Shown here piece after piece: positions 16,224 through 33,929 of a stretch of DNA of 64,000 nucleotides (position 1 is the stretch's first letter; each line of letters starts with the position of its first letter). Source of the DNA: the human T2T-CHM13v2.0 reference genome, Homo sapiens. The stretch lies in NCBI RefSeq assembly GCF_009914755.1, contig NC_060947.1, one strand, 5' to 3'. Under the pieces are notes generated by a model. That model worked only from the letters and a program-made list of their open reading frames with translations. It was not told the DNA's origin and did not search any database. A program made the position numbers and the translations under genes.

Positions 16224-17027
16224 TTTTGTCTGTGGTTCTTGGCGGATACATTCCATAGTCCTGGTTACAGTCTTTTGCTATAATGTTGGGTTTGTTAGGC
16301 CTGAAGGGGAAGGCCTCGGGAAACAATTGTTCTGACCTTCTCCTGCCCTCCTCTCACCTGACCCAAGGCAGGACTCTCATTTTCCCTTGCCTTTCTGATT
16401 GTGGGTCCTAAGACCCTCATTCCATAGAACATTCCACCCCATTTCCTTCCCAGGGGAAGGAAAGCTGCTGTTACAAAACTTCCAAAAAAAATGGGTTCAG
16501 AAAGCTTCTGGATAGCTGAACGTGTGAAGGTTCCTCGGGGGGTGGCACGCCTGGGGAGGACATGGAAGCTCTGCACACCCTTCCCACATACCTTACCCCA
16601 TACATCTCTTCTTCTCTATCCTTTGTAATATTCTTCATGATAAACTGGTAAGTGTGTTTCCCTAAGTTGTGTGAGCCCCTGTAGCAAATTAATTGAACCC
16701 ACAGAGGAGGCTGTGGGAACCCCAACTTGAAGCTAATGGGTTAGAAGTTCCAGAGGCCTGAACTTGCTACTGGTGTCTGAAGTAAGGAGAGCAGTTTTGG
16801 GGACTGAGCCCCCAACCTGTGGAATCTGACACTGTCTTCAGGTAGATGGTGTCAGTATTGAATTGGAGGATGCCCAGTTGATGTCCATTGCGATTATTTC
16901 TTGCTTGCTGGTGGGGAAAAAAATCTCCACATATTTGGGGGTTATAGAAGTCTTCTGTGTTGATGATTATTGCCATTTTGATGTGAGAGGAGAGAAAAAA
17001 AATATGATTTAAGTATTTTTTCAAACA
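16224..17027 (+). mobile_element. MER21-family LTR
   Basis: GGACTGAGCCCCCAACCTGTGGAATCTGACACTGTCTTCAGGTAGATGGTGTCAG, characteristic of MER21. Confidence 0.8.
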
Positions 17028-18508
17028 ACTGGATATTTGAAAAATAAAATAAAATATTTTAAATTATGTTGGATTCAAAATTAGCTGCCAAATTTACAAG
17101 TAAAACCCTGTAATTTATATACAATGTATTCTTTATGCTTGATTACAAAAAATATTTCGACATTTTATCTAATTCATTTCAAATTTTCTATTTATTTAAA
17201 TAAAAAGCATTTTATCTAAGATTCTGTTTCTAAAATTAAGGCTGCAACACATGGTCTCAATCATTGCTAAAAAAAATCACAAAAAGACAGTAAGGAAGAA
17301 ATTAAAGTCAGCTGGTAGTGGAAATTGTTGTTATAATAGGTTTTTCTCTTTTCACTGTTGACAGAATCACAATCTATGTCTCATAAATCCATAAATAACT
17401 TTAATTACTGTCATTTGGGAGTGTGACAACAATTAAAGACAACAAATGTAAGAGCTGAGCACTTGCTGAGAACTACTCAAATAATACATTGAATAAAAAA
17501 AAGGTCAATCAGCACTTTGCAATTCAAGAAAACTAAGTTTTTAATATTTTTAAAAAGTATTCATGACTGTGGTTCTCTTACCCCTTAGCATCTTCATTAC
17601 AATTCTCTGAACCCCTTTTTAGACATAGTGCACAACCTGTCAGTCGTGAGACAGGACTCCAAAAAAATTTACTAGTTGATGTGACATCTACTTTATTTCT
17701 ACCTAATTACTGGAGAGAAATACTTCCGGTTACTTTGACTGTTAGTGTATATGATCTTACTTGATATATCAGAAAATAAACTGTCATAAAATATGAAACT
17801 TCCTTGGTATACAATATCCTGTCATTCCCTCTGGTGTTTATAAATAAATAAATGATCAAACAAATATTTTAAAATAAATGTATGAGTATATACAAATATA
17901 TAAACACACACACATTCTGCCAAAAGAGTGATTGCTAACCTGTTAAACAGTATGTAAAGATGAGAGAAATGACTAGCAAATAATATGCAAAAAGACACTA
18001 CTACAGAGAATACAATGGAAAGATATGGACTACATTTAAAAAGACTAAATCGATACATAGGAAATCTGCTCCATGAATATAATTGTATGGCATTCAACTG
18101 GTGACTGTGGACATGTGAATTTGCTCATTGTGGCCATAAAAAACTCTATAAGAATTCTGCAAAAATCAATGTGACATTGTAACAAATATTTTCTATGGTT
18201 TTGTGTTTTACATCATTTTTCTATTGAAATAATTCTTAAACTACTTACTCAAATGCACCTTAACAATGTGTATATAAACATATTTACTAAAATATTTTAA
18301 ATTGTAGTTTTTGAATTGTTTTTCCAATTACAAAATAGACTGCTTTTTTATTTGAAAAATAACTATAATTAAAATTAATTATCTCAAAGTATGTTTAAAT
18401 ATGAGATTGGATACTTATGTAGCATATGCATAGTTTTCTATATAGGATAAATGAGAAATTCCTAGTGATCTTATGGGAAAAAATATAATTTATCTGTACA
18501 GAGAGTAA

Positions 18509-19243
<735 letters not shown>

Positions 19244-19439
19244 ATGTTATACTTTTATTAAGTCAGATGCACAGAAAATATAAATTGAATTTAAGGAAAA
19301 AGAGAAATAATATAGATAGCAGCTTTTGGAATTTTGTATGTTGTTTTTGTGAAATGAATATTAATGTATTCACTTAAACTGAAAAAATGGTTGTCATCCT
19401 CAGATTTATGTATATTTGCAATATGTAGTGCATTTGTAG

Positions 19440-19766
<327 letters not shown>

Positions 19767-20933
19767 AATAAATTTATTTTTTAATTCTAAAATTTACAGA
19801 TTGATATTAAACACTCTAGGCTTAGAATAAATATGTGAAATATACAATACAGATAGAAAGTGAGATGTAAATTAAGATATTTACGATGACTGGGAAAGCA
19901 TACAAACTATTCTGATTATAATTACCTTCATTGTCTTAAAGCATTACATTGGAAATTAGTGTGATAAAAGTTACAATTGGCATCATGTCACTCGTCTTGT
20001 TCTATAAGCCCTTAAGAAATTTGTGTCCTGGCAATGCAAGGATCATTCCATCACAATGGATTCACATTTGATTGTATTTTCACTGTCACAGTGAAGTCCT
20101 TTTCCAATTATCTGACTCAGTGGGTAAGAGCACATAAGAATGCACAAAAGGAAAAGATGGTTCACAGAATAACAACAACAAAAAGTATTTTGGGTTTGAC
20201 TATAGCCTGTGTGACAGATACAGAAAATGAAAATATATAAAGTAAAATATTGATAGATGTTCTAATTAGAAAAGGCAAAGCATATAATCTCCTGTGAGCT
20301 ACTAAGCAAATAATAGAGATCGACCCAACAGAAATTTATATATATCAGAGTATATAATAAATATACAGCATATATAGAATATGTACACTATATATATACA
20401 GAGAACTTATATAATACATATCAATACAATTACATAAATTCGGTTCTTAACGGCATTTGTATATAAAAATTAGTAATATATACTTGTGCTCTTTGATAAA
20501 ATGATAACAATACCTAGAACATGATCTATTTCACAATATTAACATTACTTTTGTTTTTGTTAGTGTAATCCAACATACACTAGATAGAAAACTCATGTTT
20601 AATTTAATGATCCAGCAATATCCAAGCCAAGAAGATAAAAAGAACATGTCTATATCACTTATATCTTTCTGGATCTTATGCAGAAATCTGGTAAAACAGA
20701 TATGCAAGAAATTTATATTTTTATCTTTTCATGTACTTTGTTTTAGACTGAAAATTTCTGCTTTTTTATTTTCAATTTGAGAAAAGGAACACTGTAGAAA
20801 ATTCAGGCAACATTACTGTTAGAATTACAACAGGGCAATATCTAGGCTTTATTACATAACTTTGATCAGATTATTGTGTATTATAAATTTTAAACTCTTC
20901 ATCTCTATTGAAAATACACAATAAATTAGCTTT

Positions 20934-20936
<3 letters not shown>

Positions 20937-20975
<39 letters not shown>
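20937..20975. repeat. (CA)n microsatellite
   Basis: Perfect AC run, about 19 units. Confidence 0.98.
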
Positions 20976-20979
<4 letters not shown>

Positions 20980-20983
20980 ACAT

Positions 20984-21697
20984 TGTTACTGGCAGTGAAT
21001 CCATATGGGTCTGCAGCAACCTCAGTTCTTGCCTCTCCAGAAGAAGAATTAGACTGAGGGGCATAAGGCAGAAGGAGAGACTGAGGCAAGTTTTAGAGCA
21101 AAAGTGAAAGTTTATTAAAAAGCTTTAAAGCAGGAATGATAGGAAGTAAAGTACACTTGGAAAAGGGCCAGCAGGCAACTTGTGAGATCAAGTGCATGGT
21201 TTTACCTTTGACTTAGGGGTTTTCTATATTGGCATGCTTCCTGGGTCTGCATCTTCTCCCCTGATTCTTCCCTTGGGGTGGGCTGTCTGCTGCTCAGTGG
21301 CCTGTCAGTGCTTGGGAGGGGCCACATGTGCACTGTGTTTACTGGAATTGTATGCATGCTCACTTGAGGTGTTCTTCCTTTACCAACCAAATGTCCCTAG
21401 AAGGTCATACACCAGTTAAATTCCATCATTTTGCCTCTTAATGTGCATGCTTGAGCCCACTTGCCCAACTCCTGAGATTGTATCAGAAAGCTCCTGGTCA
21501 CCAGCTTCAGTTTTTTTCCACCTACTGGTAGACTGCCTTTCTCTGGCACTGGCTATGACCAATTACTATTTAAGAGTGGCAGTTTAACAACCTCCTAACC
21601 ATCACTTGATGGTCGCCTGACATTCCTAGTGGGTATAGGTGCCAGGGGATGGACCCGTTGTGCCCTGTTCATGTTTGACTAGCTACCTACTGTAACA
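20984..21697 (-). mobile_element. MER50-like complete solo LTR (ERV1)
   Basis: TG...CA termini, minus-strand start TGTTACAGTAGGTAGCTAGTCA, perfect 4-bp TSD ACAT on both sides. Confidence 0.85.
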
Positions 21698-21864
21698 ACA
21701 TATAGTAGCTATCAAATATTTACACGTTATATATTTGTAACTGAACAGTAAGAATTCTGCTCAGTTAAATTTTTAACAGTAAGTTTAAGAAGTGACAGCA
21801 AATGTACCACTGGAGTTTTGAATTTTTACTCCAATTGTTAAAATTAATACTATATAAATAATGG

Positions 21865-23787
21865 TTTTGGCTTCCAACCTGGGATTTAGGAGTTGAAAGG
21901 AGTATTGCTTCCACTCTTACAACAGCAAAAGAAAGGTAGGTTAAACAAGATTGATAAGCACTAGATATCTGCTATACAACATTGTACCTATAGCCCATAC
22001 TAATTTGTTAAGAGGGTAGGTCTTGTGTTAAGTATCCTTACTAAAATAAAACAAAATAAAATTCTAGACCAATTTCAAAATTAGCCTTTTTCTTAAACCA
22101 CCAGAGAGCTGAGGTTGCTGGTTTCAAATCCAAGGGCAGCTCATGACTTCAGGGAGAGATGAGCGATAAACAGGCATTCACCTAGAGTGGACACAATCAG
22201 ATAGTGATAATATCAGTCTAGCTAAAATGGATGACAAATTAATGAAGGCCAAGTATGACCTAGTGAGACAATGTGAAATCTCTGAGGGCATCAGACATTG
22301 TAGGAGTCCATGCACTCCTGCATGTTCTTTTTCTGCAAACCTCACCAAAGGCTCACAGAAAAAATTAGGAAAAAAAAAAACCCTAAGAAATATTCATTGT
22401 TGCACAGGCCTGTAGGAAGAAAGCAACAGCTATATGAGATGGGCAAGAAACTTGTTAAAATTCTTCTCCTCTAGCGCCAATACAGGACAAAAGCCTATAT
22501 CTTTGTGGGGAGAAGGGCAATGAATACTGTTGGTTTTAGGGAACTGATGAACAATAATTCCATTTAAGATAGTGGAATGAAGAATGGGTGTGATTATTCA
22601 TTGAGCCTGTATAAAACCTGGAAAGAAGCAAGATAACTAAGAAGGCATCTACCTGATGCTCTTCATTACAACACTACCATATCTACTGCCAGGGTAAGAA
22701 GCTTTGAATAACAAGTAACAGGAAAATATAGCTGAGATATGACAGGAGAGAAATAAAAATGTAGAAAGAAATTTTCCATGTCACATTATAAAGCAAAAAC
22801 TTAAAACTCAGATTTTAAGAGACATTGCTTTGGTAAACTACTCCGCACCCTAGACATGAGGTGTCTGTACAAGAATTTGAAGCCTGTAGCATACTGGGGG
22901 TAATTGTAGAAGCAATAAATCTCAAACTCAGTCAAACATCTAGCTAGATTAGCCAAACATCCCCCAAGGCCCAAGCAGAATAAAAAAAATGTTCATCTAC
23001 AAGCACAAAAAAATATTTAACTCAATATCTACTGTCTTAAGAAACATGTCCAAAATCCAATGAAAAATGTAAATATGAAATGGCAAGGAAAAACACACTG
23101 CTGAGAAAAAAATCATAATCAGAGCCAGATTCAAATATGACACAAATGTTGGGAATATCTGACAGGGAATTTAAAATAATCATGATTGATATGTTAAAGG
23201 TTCTAACAGAAAAGGTGAATAACAGGTAATTTTAGCAAAGATACAAAAAGTATCACAAAAAATCAAATAGAAATGCTACATTTAAAAAGCTTGGTAACAA
23301 TAATGAAGAATGACTTTAACAAGCTTATCAGGATAAATTGGCTAACCAAGAAAAGAAGCAATAAATGTGAAGATATGTGACTAGAAATTATCCAAACTGA
23401 GGCCCGAAAAAAAAAAATTTACAAATTTAAAACAGAACATTCAAGATCTTTTGGACAATATCAAATGTTCTAATTTAAACATAATTTGAAATACTAAAAG
23501 ACAGGATAAAGAGGATGGAGCAGAAGAAATATTTAAGGAAACGATGGCTGGAAATTTTTACCAAAATTAATGAAAGACGCATATCTGAAAAGAAAAAAAA
23601 TATAAAAACCAAGCAAACAAAAATTATCAATATCATATTCACACTGCTTATAGGAAAAGTCAAAGAAAAAAATCTTTAAGTTAGCTAAAGAAAAAAGAAA
23701 CATTACACACACAGAAGAAGATAAAATCATTGCACACTTTTGTCAGTAACCATGCAAACAAAAAGACAATGGAATACTATGTGCTGA

Positions 23788-23834
<47 letters not shown>

Positions 23835-23940
23835 ACTCAGAATTCTATATCCATCAAATTTATCTCTTCAGAATGGAAAAGAGATAAAGCCTTTCTCAGC
23901 AAACAAGCATGGAAAGAATTCATTGCCAGCAGACCTATAA
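21865..23940 (+). mobile_element. Old L1M 5' region/ORF1 relic
   Basis: GACAGGGAATTTAAAATAATCATGATTGATATGTTAAAGG and GAATTCATTGCCAGCAGACCT are L1M ORF1 motifs; A-rich, many stops. Confidence 0.65.
23793..23832. repeat. (CA)n microsatellite
   Basis: Perfect AC run, about 20 units. Confidence 0.98.
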
Positions 23941-24944
23941 AAGTGTAGCTTAGGAGGACTTTTAGGGTCACGGAACTGTTGTCTATGGAAATGTAGTGAT
24001 GGACATAAAGCTATATAAATTTGCCAAAATGCAAAGGAATGTAGATCAGAAAATGTAAATTTTACTAAAAGTACATTTTTTAAAAATCAACTAGCATGTG
24101 CAGTGAAACATGGAATGCAGACTGGACAAATTAAAAGCATTACAAATTCATCACATAATTAAATTGAAGGGCATAGGAAGAAAAGTACTTCTGAAAAACT
24201 GTTTTGTCTGGGTACTGCAAGAATAAAGACAAATAACTGTATACAGACAATGTCTTCTAGTTGTTACATTTATTTTCTGCCAGTGTATGGTTTAGCACTT
24301 ACTAAACTATTTGTATACTAAGGTTGATCATTGTAGATAATGAGATATAGGTTTTTCTCTGTCAGAGAAAGAAGTTAAAAGTTAGGCTGGGTAAATCTGT
24401 AATTAAGCTTGTGTTGCTGGATTGGAACTGGATATAACAATATAAGCTTACTTTAAAATTTTATGTGGAGAAAAAAATGGATGCAGAAATAAATTCAGAT
24501 CTGTGTGCACACGCATTTCTTAGATTTATTTCTTAGATCCTGGATTTATTTCTTAGATACATATCTTAGATCTATTCGTTCAGAAGAGTGAGACGCAGTG
24601 ATACCCCAGTAGCAATGAGCTACTCCTAGCACTCAGATCTGAATTTCAAATTCTCTAATCATGCTCTAATAAGAAGAACCAGTGCACCTTGAAGAGCTGA
24701 CTGATTCCAGAGTTGGGGCAAAAAAAAAAAAAAAAGAAAGATGAGTCTGGAGTATCTGGTGATGTATGAAGTTAAGAAAGTGCATAAAAAGAGAGTTGGA
24801 AATTGAGGCACATTAAATACTGAAAGAGCACACAGAAGCCAGCTTGAAAGTTCCCAATAGCCATAGACTGAAGCAACAAAATAAATAACTATTGTATCGG
24901 ATTATAACTCAAAGGTCAAAGTAGTTATGCATGAGATCGATAAG

Positions 24945-24974
24945 CAGATGGATAGATAGTTTAGGCAGATAGAT

Positions 24975-25021
<47 letters not shown>

Positions 25022-25022
25022 T
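24945..25022. repeat. (GATA)n STR
   Basis: About 11 perfect GATA units plus a degenerate leader. Confidence 0.97.
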
Positions 25023-25072
25023 AATTAGGGAAAAAGCAACAGCTCTTTCTCTTAGAAGAATTTCAATTTTAA

Positions 25073-25449
<377 letters not shown>

Positions 25450-25523
25450 TTATCCAGTGACAGACTCTAAAGTAGGTGAGTCAGAGTTTAGCACAAATAG
25501 GATGTTTGCATAGTCTCAAATTT

Positions 25524-26166
25524 CAGTCAATTCTCATTATTCACAGTAATAATATCATAGTCCTGTAATATCACCAGCGACACTGAATTAGCAAATACTA
25601 AACCATTGTTCCCAAAGAACAAAACAGGGTCAAATTCCTGTAAGATCCTGGTCACATTTTGTCAATGAATCAATACAGAACCCTGTTTGATGTATTTCTG
25701 TTTAAAGATGTTTTACCTAATATATATTGTTGATTTGTTAACATTGAGCTCAAAAACAACAGCACTATAACTCATAGCCAAATGAAGTTTATCTAACATA
25801 TGATTTTCTCCATAAAGCACATCACAACCTTCTTGAACTTAGGGACACTAGACAGCACATCACCAACTTGTGGGCCATTTTAAACAGTGAAATCACCAAT
25901 GAAAACACAATATTTAAAACATAGCATTAGACAGACTGAAAATAATGACACGTTTATAGTATGAGACCTAAAACAAGAAGGCAGATCATCAGCTTGTTTG
26001 ATCTCAGTTGGGAATGTGAATGATAGGTTACAAATATTTTGCTGTTCTGTGTATGTCCATAAGTGACTGTAAAATTGACATAATTATTAATATTAGGTTT
26101 ACAAATAAATTTTAGTGAGTAGGCAAATTCTCAAATATGAACTCTGTAAATGATGAGGATCAATTA
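25524..26166 (+). mobile_element. MER82 (TcMar-Tigger non-autonomous DNA transposon), near full length
   Basis: Imperfect TIRs CAGTCAATTCTCATTATTCACAG ... CTGTAAATGATGAGGATCAATT; internal ACACTGAATTAGCAAATACT and CACTAGACAGCAC motifs. Confidence 0.8.
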
Positions 26167-26819
26167 CCTTTTTTCCACAAAACTGTTTAGAAAATACAAA
26201 GGAAAACTAGTAAGCTTATACTGGAGTGTCCTGGCAGACACCGTGTTAGGCAAGTGATCAAGGTTAAACATCACCAGTTATGAATATGGACATTGTGTGC
26301 CTCTGATATTGAAGCATTTAGAAGGGCCCATCATCTCTGTAGTATCCTACCTATTCTAATAATTGCATAACCCCAATATAATTATTAGAATACATCAGAC
26401 AAACCAAAATTGAAGAACATTCTAGAAAATGACTGACTAGTATTCTCCAAAAGTATCATGATCATGAAAAACAAGGAAAAAAATGGAGAACTGTCACATA
26501 TTGGAGTAGACTACAGAACCATAACAAATAAGTGCATTATGAGATCCTGCATTGGATCATGGATCAGAATTTTTAAAAAATTTAATGTAAAACTGGTGAA
26601 ATCTAAGTAAGTTCTGTAAATTAGTTGATAATATTATACCAAGATAAATTTATTGGTTTTGAACATTATACCATCGTTACATAAGACGTTAACAGAGAAA
26701 GCTGGGTGAACTCCATTATTTTCAAAACTCTTCTATTATTATAAAATTATTGAAAAAATCTGTTTTTAAAAAGGCTCATAAATAACACTTTATGGGACAA
26801 ACTTTGCTCTAGATCAACC

Positions 26820-28430
<1,611 letters not shown>

Positions 28431-28574
28431 GATGGATAGCAAAGTAGGGGCACTAATACTAATATGGCTCTGGGTACTTGACAGAATGTGGGATAGAAGC
28501 AGCCTATAGTTAATTTTATTTCAATGTTGCTGATTTCTAGCTTTCACCAACAAGAAGGCGACAGGAAATGGAGC

Positions 28575-28757
28575 GGCTTTGTGCAAAAATCATTGGACTG
28601 GTTGAGAGACCAGGTTTCAGTCCTAGCACTCCCACCAACAGGGCTGCTCACTTCACTACTTAAGTTCTTTCGACCTCGATTTTATTATTTGTGCAAAGAA
28701 GATATGTAACTAGAGGGCCTCTAAGATCCTTTAAAATTCTGATGTTCTCTGACTCTA
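28575..28757 (+). mobile_element. MIR3/MIRc
   Basis: GAGACCAGGTTTCAGTCCTAGC...CTCTAAGATCCTTTAAAATTCTGATGTTCTCTGA. Confidence 0.6.
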
Positions 28758-30664
28758 AAATAAACCTACCTTGACAGCTTTTAGGAGGTGGCACTTCTGG
28801 GAATTCAAGAATAGGATATATCTAGTATATTGTTGATTTTTTCCACTGTGTATTCTCATAGTTTTAATTAGAAATTGAACATTTTGAAGTTCACAAAAAC
28901 TAGAAACAGTTTTAATGTTAGTATAAAAGAGTTTAGTCTTTATTCACCTAATGGTATTTTGATAATTCGTGTAGTTTAACTATGTCACAGAGAAACTGAG
29001 TATGCAATAGTAATCACTTCCTGCAAATAGTGATTTTATAAATATTTTAAAGCAAATCCTGGGAATTTATCAAAATGAAAAAGTGTAATACAACTATAAT
29101 GGGATTAAATTAAGATTAAAGCACCTTATTCATACATTTAAAGGTTTATATTATTATTTGTACACATAACAAAACTGTCATTAATTAGAGATATTACAGA
29201 ACCCATGGGTTATATTCTAAATTGGATTGGTGAAGGATGAAACACAAAAAGGACCATTCAGTACAGGACTTCAGAAACTGATGAGGAATTTACTTCTGAG
29301 AGATACCAGTTAGAAGAAAGTATTTGTCCAAATGTTCTGAATTCACCATATACCATCAAGAGAACATCACTCATATAAAATGCTTTTTGTCACTGCTGAA
29401 GATAGAATTTTTTTTCAGTGAAATATGATACTGCAGGAATGGTAGAAAGCATTAAAGAATAGTTACCAAAGGATCAAAAAATGTGTGGAGGAAATACATA
29501 CACGTAATACAAATTCATAATTTACATTTAATTAAACATAAGAGCAAATATTTATTTTTGTACCATCATTGGAGTTTGATTAAATTTCAGTAAGCAAAGA
29601 GGGTAACAGTAATCTACATTCTGGCAATAAGATAGTATCTCCTAATCATGGCAGTGTATCAGAGTGTCCATCACTTCATGAATTCTAGCCACTATCATCA
29701 CTTGGTTAATAGTAGCTTAAAAAAATCCTACACTTTGCCCAGACATGCATGTTTAAGGTTGTACTCTGATGTTCATTTTATGTTATCCTAGTAGTCACCA
29801 ATTTTCCAGTCAAAAAATAAATCTCTTTGCATGTCTCCAACTATGATTTATTGTTAATGATACTTATAATTGAATGTGTTAATCACTTTAAGGTTCAAAT
29901 CAACAGTGGTACATACTGTACCCATATAACATATATTTTCCTCCTGAGTATATAAATTGGTTTTAGTCAAAATAAAATAATTTCCTTTCAATATTCTTAT
30001 TTAGAGTTTGCCTTTTCATCTCTGTATTTAATTCATCAATATTGTCAATTCATCATTTGTTCTCATCATCTGAATAATAATTTTAGCTTCCTCCTGGAAG
30101 GAATACAATATATGTGAAACATAAAAATTAATTTAATGTTGCAAATATTTGTGAAATACAAATTTAGCAGCATTACTAAAAATCAGAATCCTTTAGTAAT
30201 TATCAATTTATCAAAATCACTTTAAAAAAATTACAACATGATAAATTGCAATTGTACTGTCACCATTTTACCTCAAGAAATATCAATCAACTCTATTTAA
30301 AAAATTGTCTACCCTTATTTCTCTGTGAAATGTCAAAACGGACAGCCGAGGTTTTGGATACAGATGAGAAACCACAAATTTCATAGGTCTATCAAATTTT
30401 ACAGAAAGGTAAATTACATAAAATCCCATTAGTTTAGTTTTTTTAAAAAAACCTTTGATGTCTGGTGTATTATTTCCACCCTGTAACAGGTTCGAGTCCC
30501 CATTTGAAGCCTCAAAATTGCTATCGGTGATCACTTTTCATTTCCTTGACTGATTCAAGATGGGTATCAAAGATTACTTGTAAAAGAAAGGGGAAATGTT
30601 TCACTCTTGTGAAAGCCAGAATTCATAGTTATTGATTGCATTTTCTTATGTAACAATGTATTAG

Positions 30665-31166
<502 letters not shown>

Positions 31167-31399
31167 CATATTTGTGGCAGGTATTTAAAAGTTGCAGAAT
31201 ATATGAGTTTTGACTTTCTGTTATGACTGGAATTTCAAACAACAATGACACTTTTCTATATACTATATAGTACTCAAAGACATTTTGCCAAAAATGAGAC
31301 GTGTTCCTAAACCATCAATGAGTTCAAAGAGGAGAGATAAATTTTCACCATCTGCAGTACGTCTTACTTAAGATTGTTATTATTTTCCAAAATATTCAC

Positions 31400-31606
31400 T
31401 ATAAAAAGGGCTTATAGGAGTAGGTTTGCTTCCTTTTGTTCTTCTGCCTTCTGCCATGTGAGGACGCAGCAAGAATGCCCTTACCAGTATTGATAGCTTG
31501 ATCTTGGACTTCCAAGCCTCCAGAAATGTGAGAAATAAATGTCTGTTTTTAATAAATCAGCCAGTCTATGATATTCTGTTATAGCAGCACAAAAGAGACT
31601 AAGACA
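31400..31606 (+). mobile_element. MaLR LTR 3' half (MST/MLT1A-like)
   Basis: GCCATGTGAGGACGCAGCAAGA...TTGGACTTCCAAGCCTCCAGAA...TATAGCAGCACAAAAGAGACTAAGACA. Confidence 0.8.
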
Positions 31607-31789
31607 GAATCCTTAGCAACAGAAATTAAGCTAGCAACAAAATTACATTTTGAATGTTAAACACGTAATCTATCTACAGTAATATTGTATGCAAGGCTTT
31701 CTAATTCCAAGTATGGAAATCAGATTTCAGGGAATTGAAGAAATACTATTTGGTAGGAAAGTTGTCTGTATGCCTCATTCAAACTGTGG

Positions 31790-32085
31790 AAATGGAAATG
31801 AAGAAATTAAAAGAAAGAGATGAAATGAGCCGATTAAAGTGAAAATCATCAGATGGGGTTTAAAATGTTATATACTGTTTACAAGAGACACATCTAAAGC
31901 ATATGGATACAGAAGAGTTCAAAGTAAATAAATGTATAGGTAAAAAAAAGCATTATTTGCAAATATAAAGCAAAAGAGAGTTTGTATAGTTAAATTCATA
32001 CAGAACAAATTAGACTTTAAAAAAATGATTACTGAAAATAAAAGAAAACATTCTGTAATTATGAAAGTTTGAATTCACTAGAAGA
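31790..32085 (+). mobile_element. L1M ORF2 (endonuclease) relic
   Basis: ATACTGTTTACAAGAGACACATCTAAAGCATATGGATACAGAA. Confidence 0.55.
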
Positions 32086-32104
32086 ATTGGTGTGTGGGTT
32101 TTTT

Positions 32105-33928
<1,824 letters not shown>

Positions 33929-33929
33929 G

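Noticed and set aside
24515-24575. Short ATTTCTTAGAT tandem repeats
   Set aside because: Local slippage duplication inside an old L1; no sign of function
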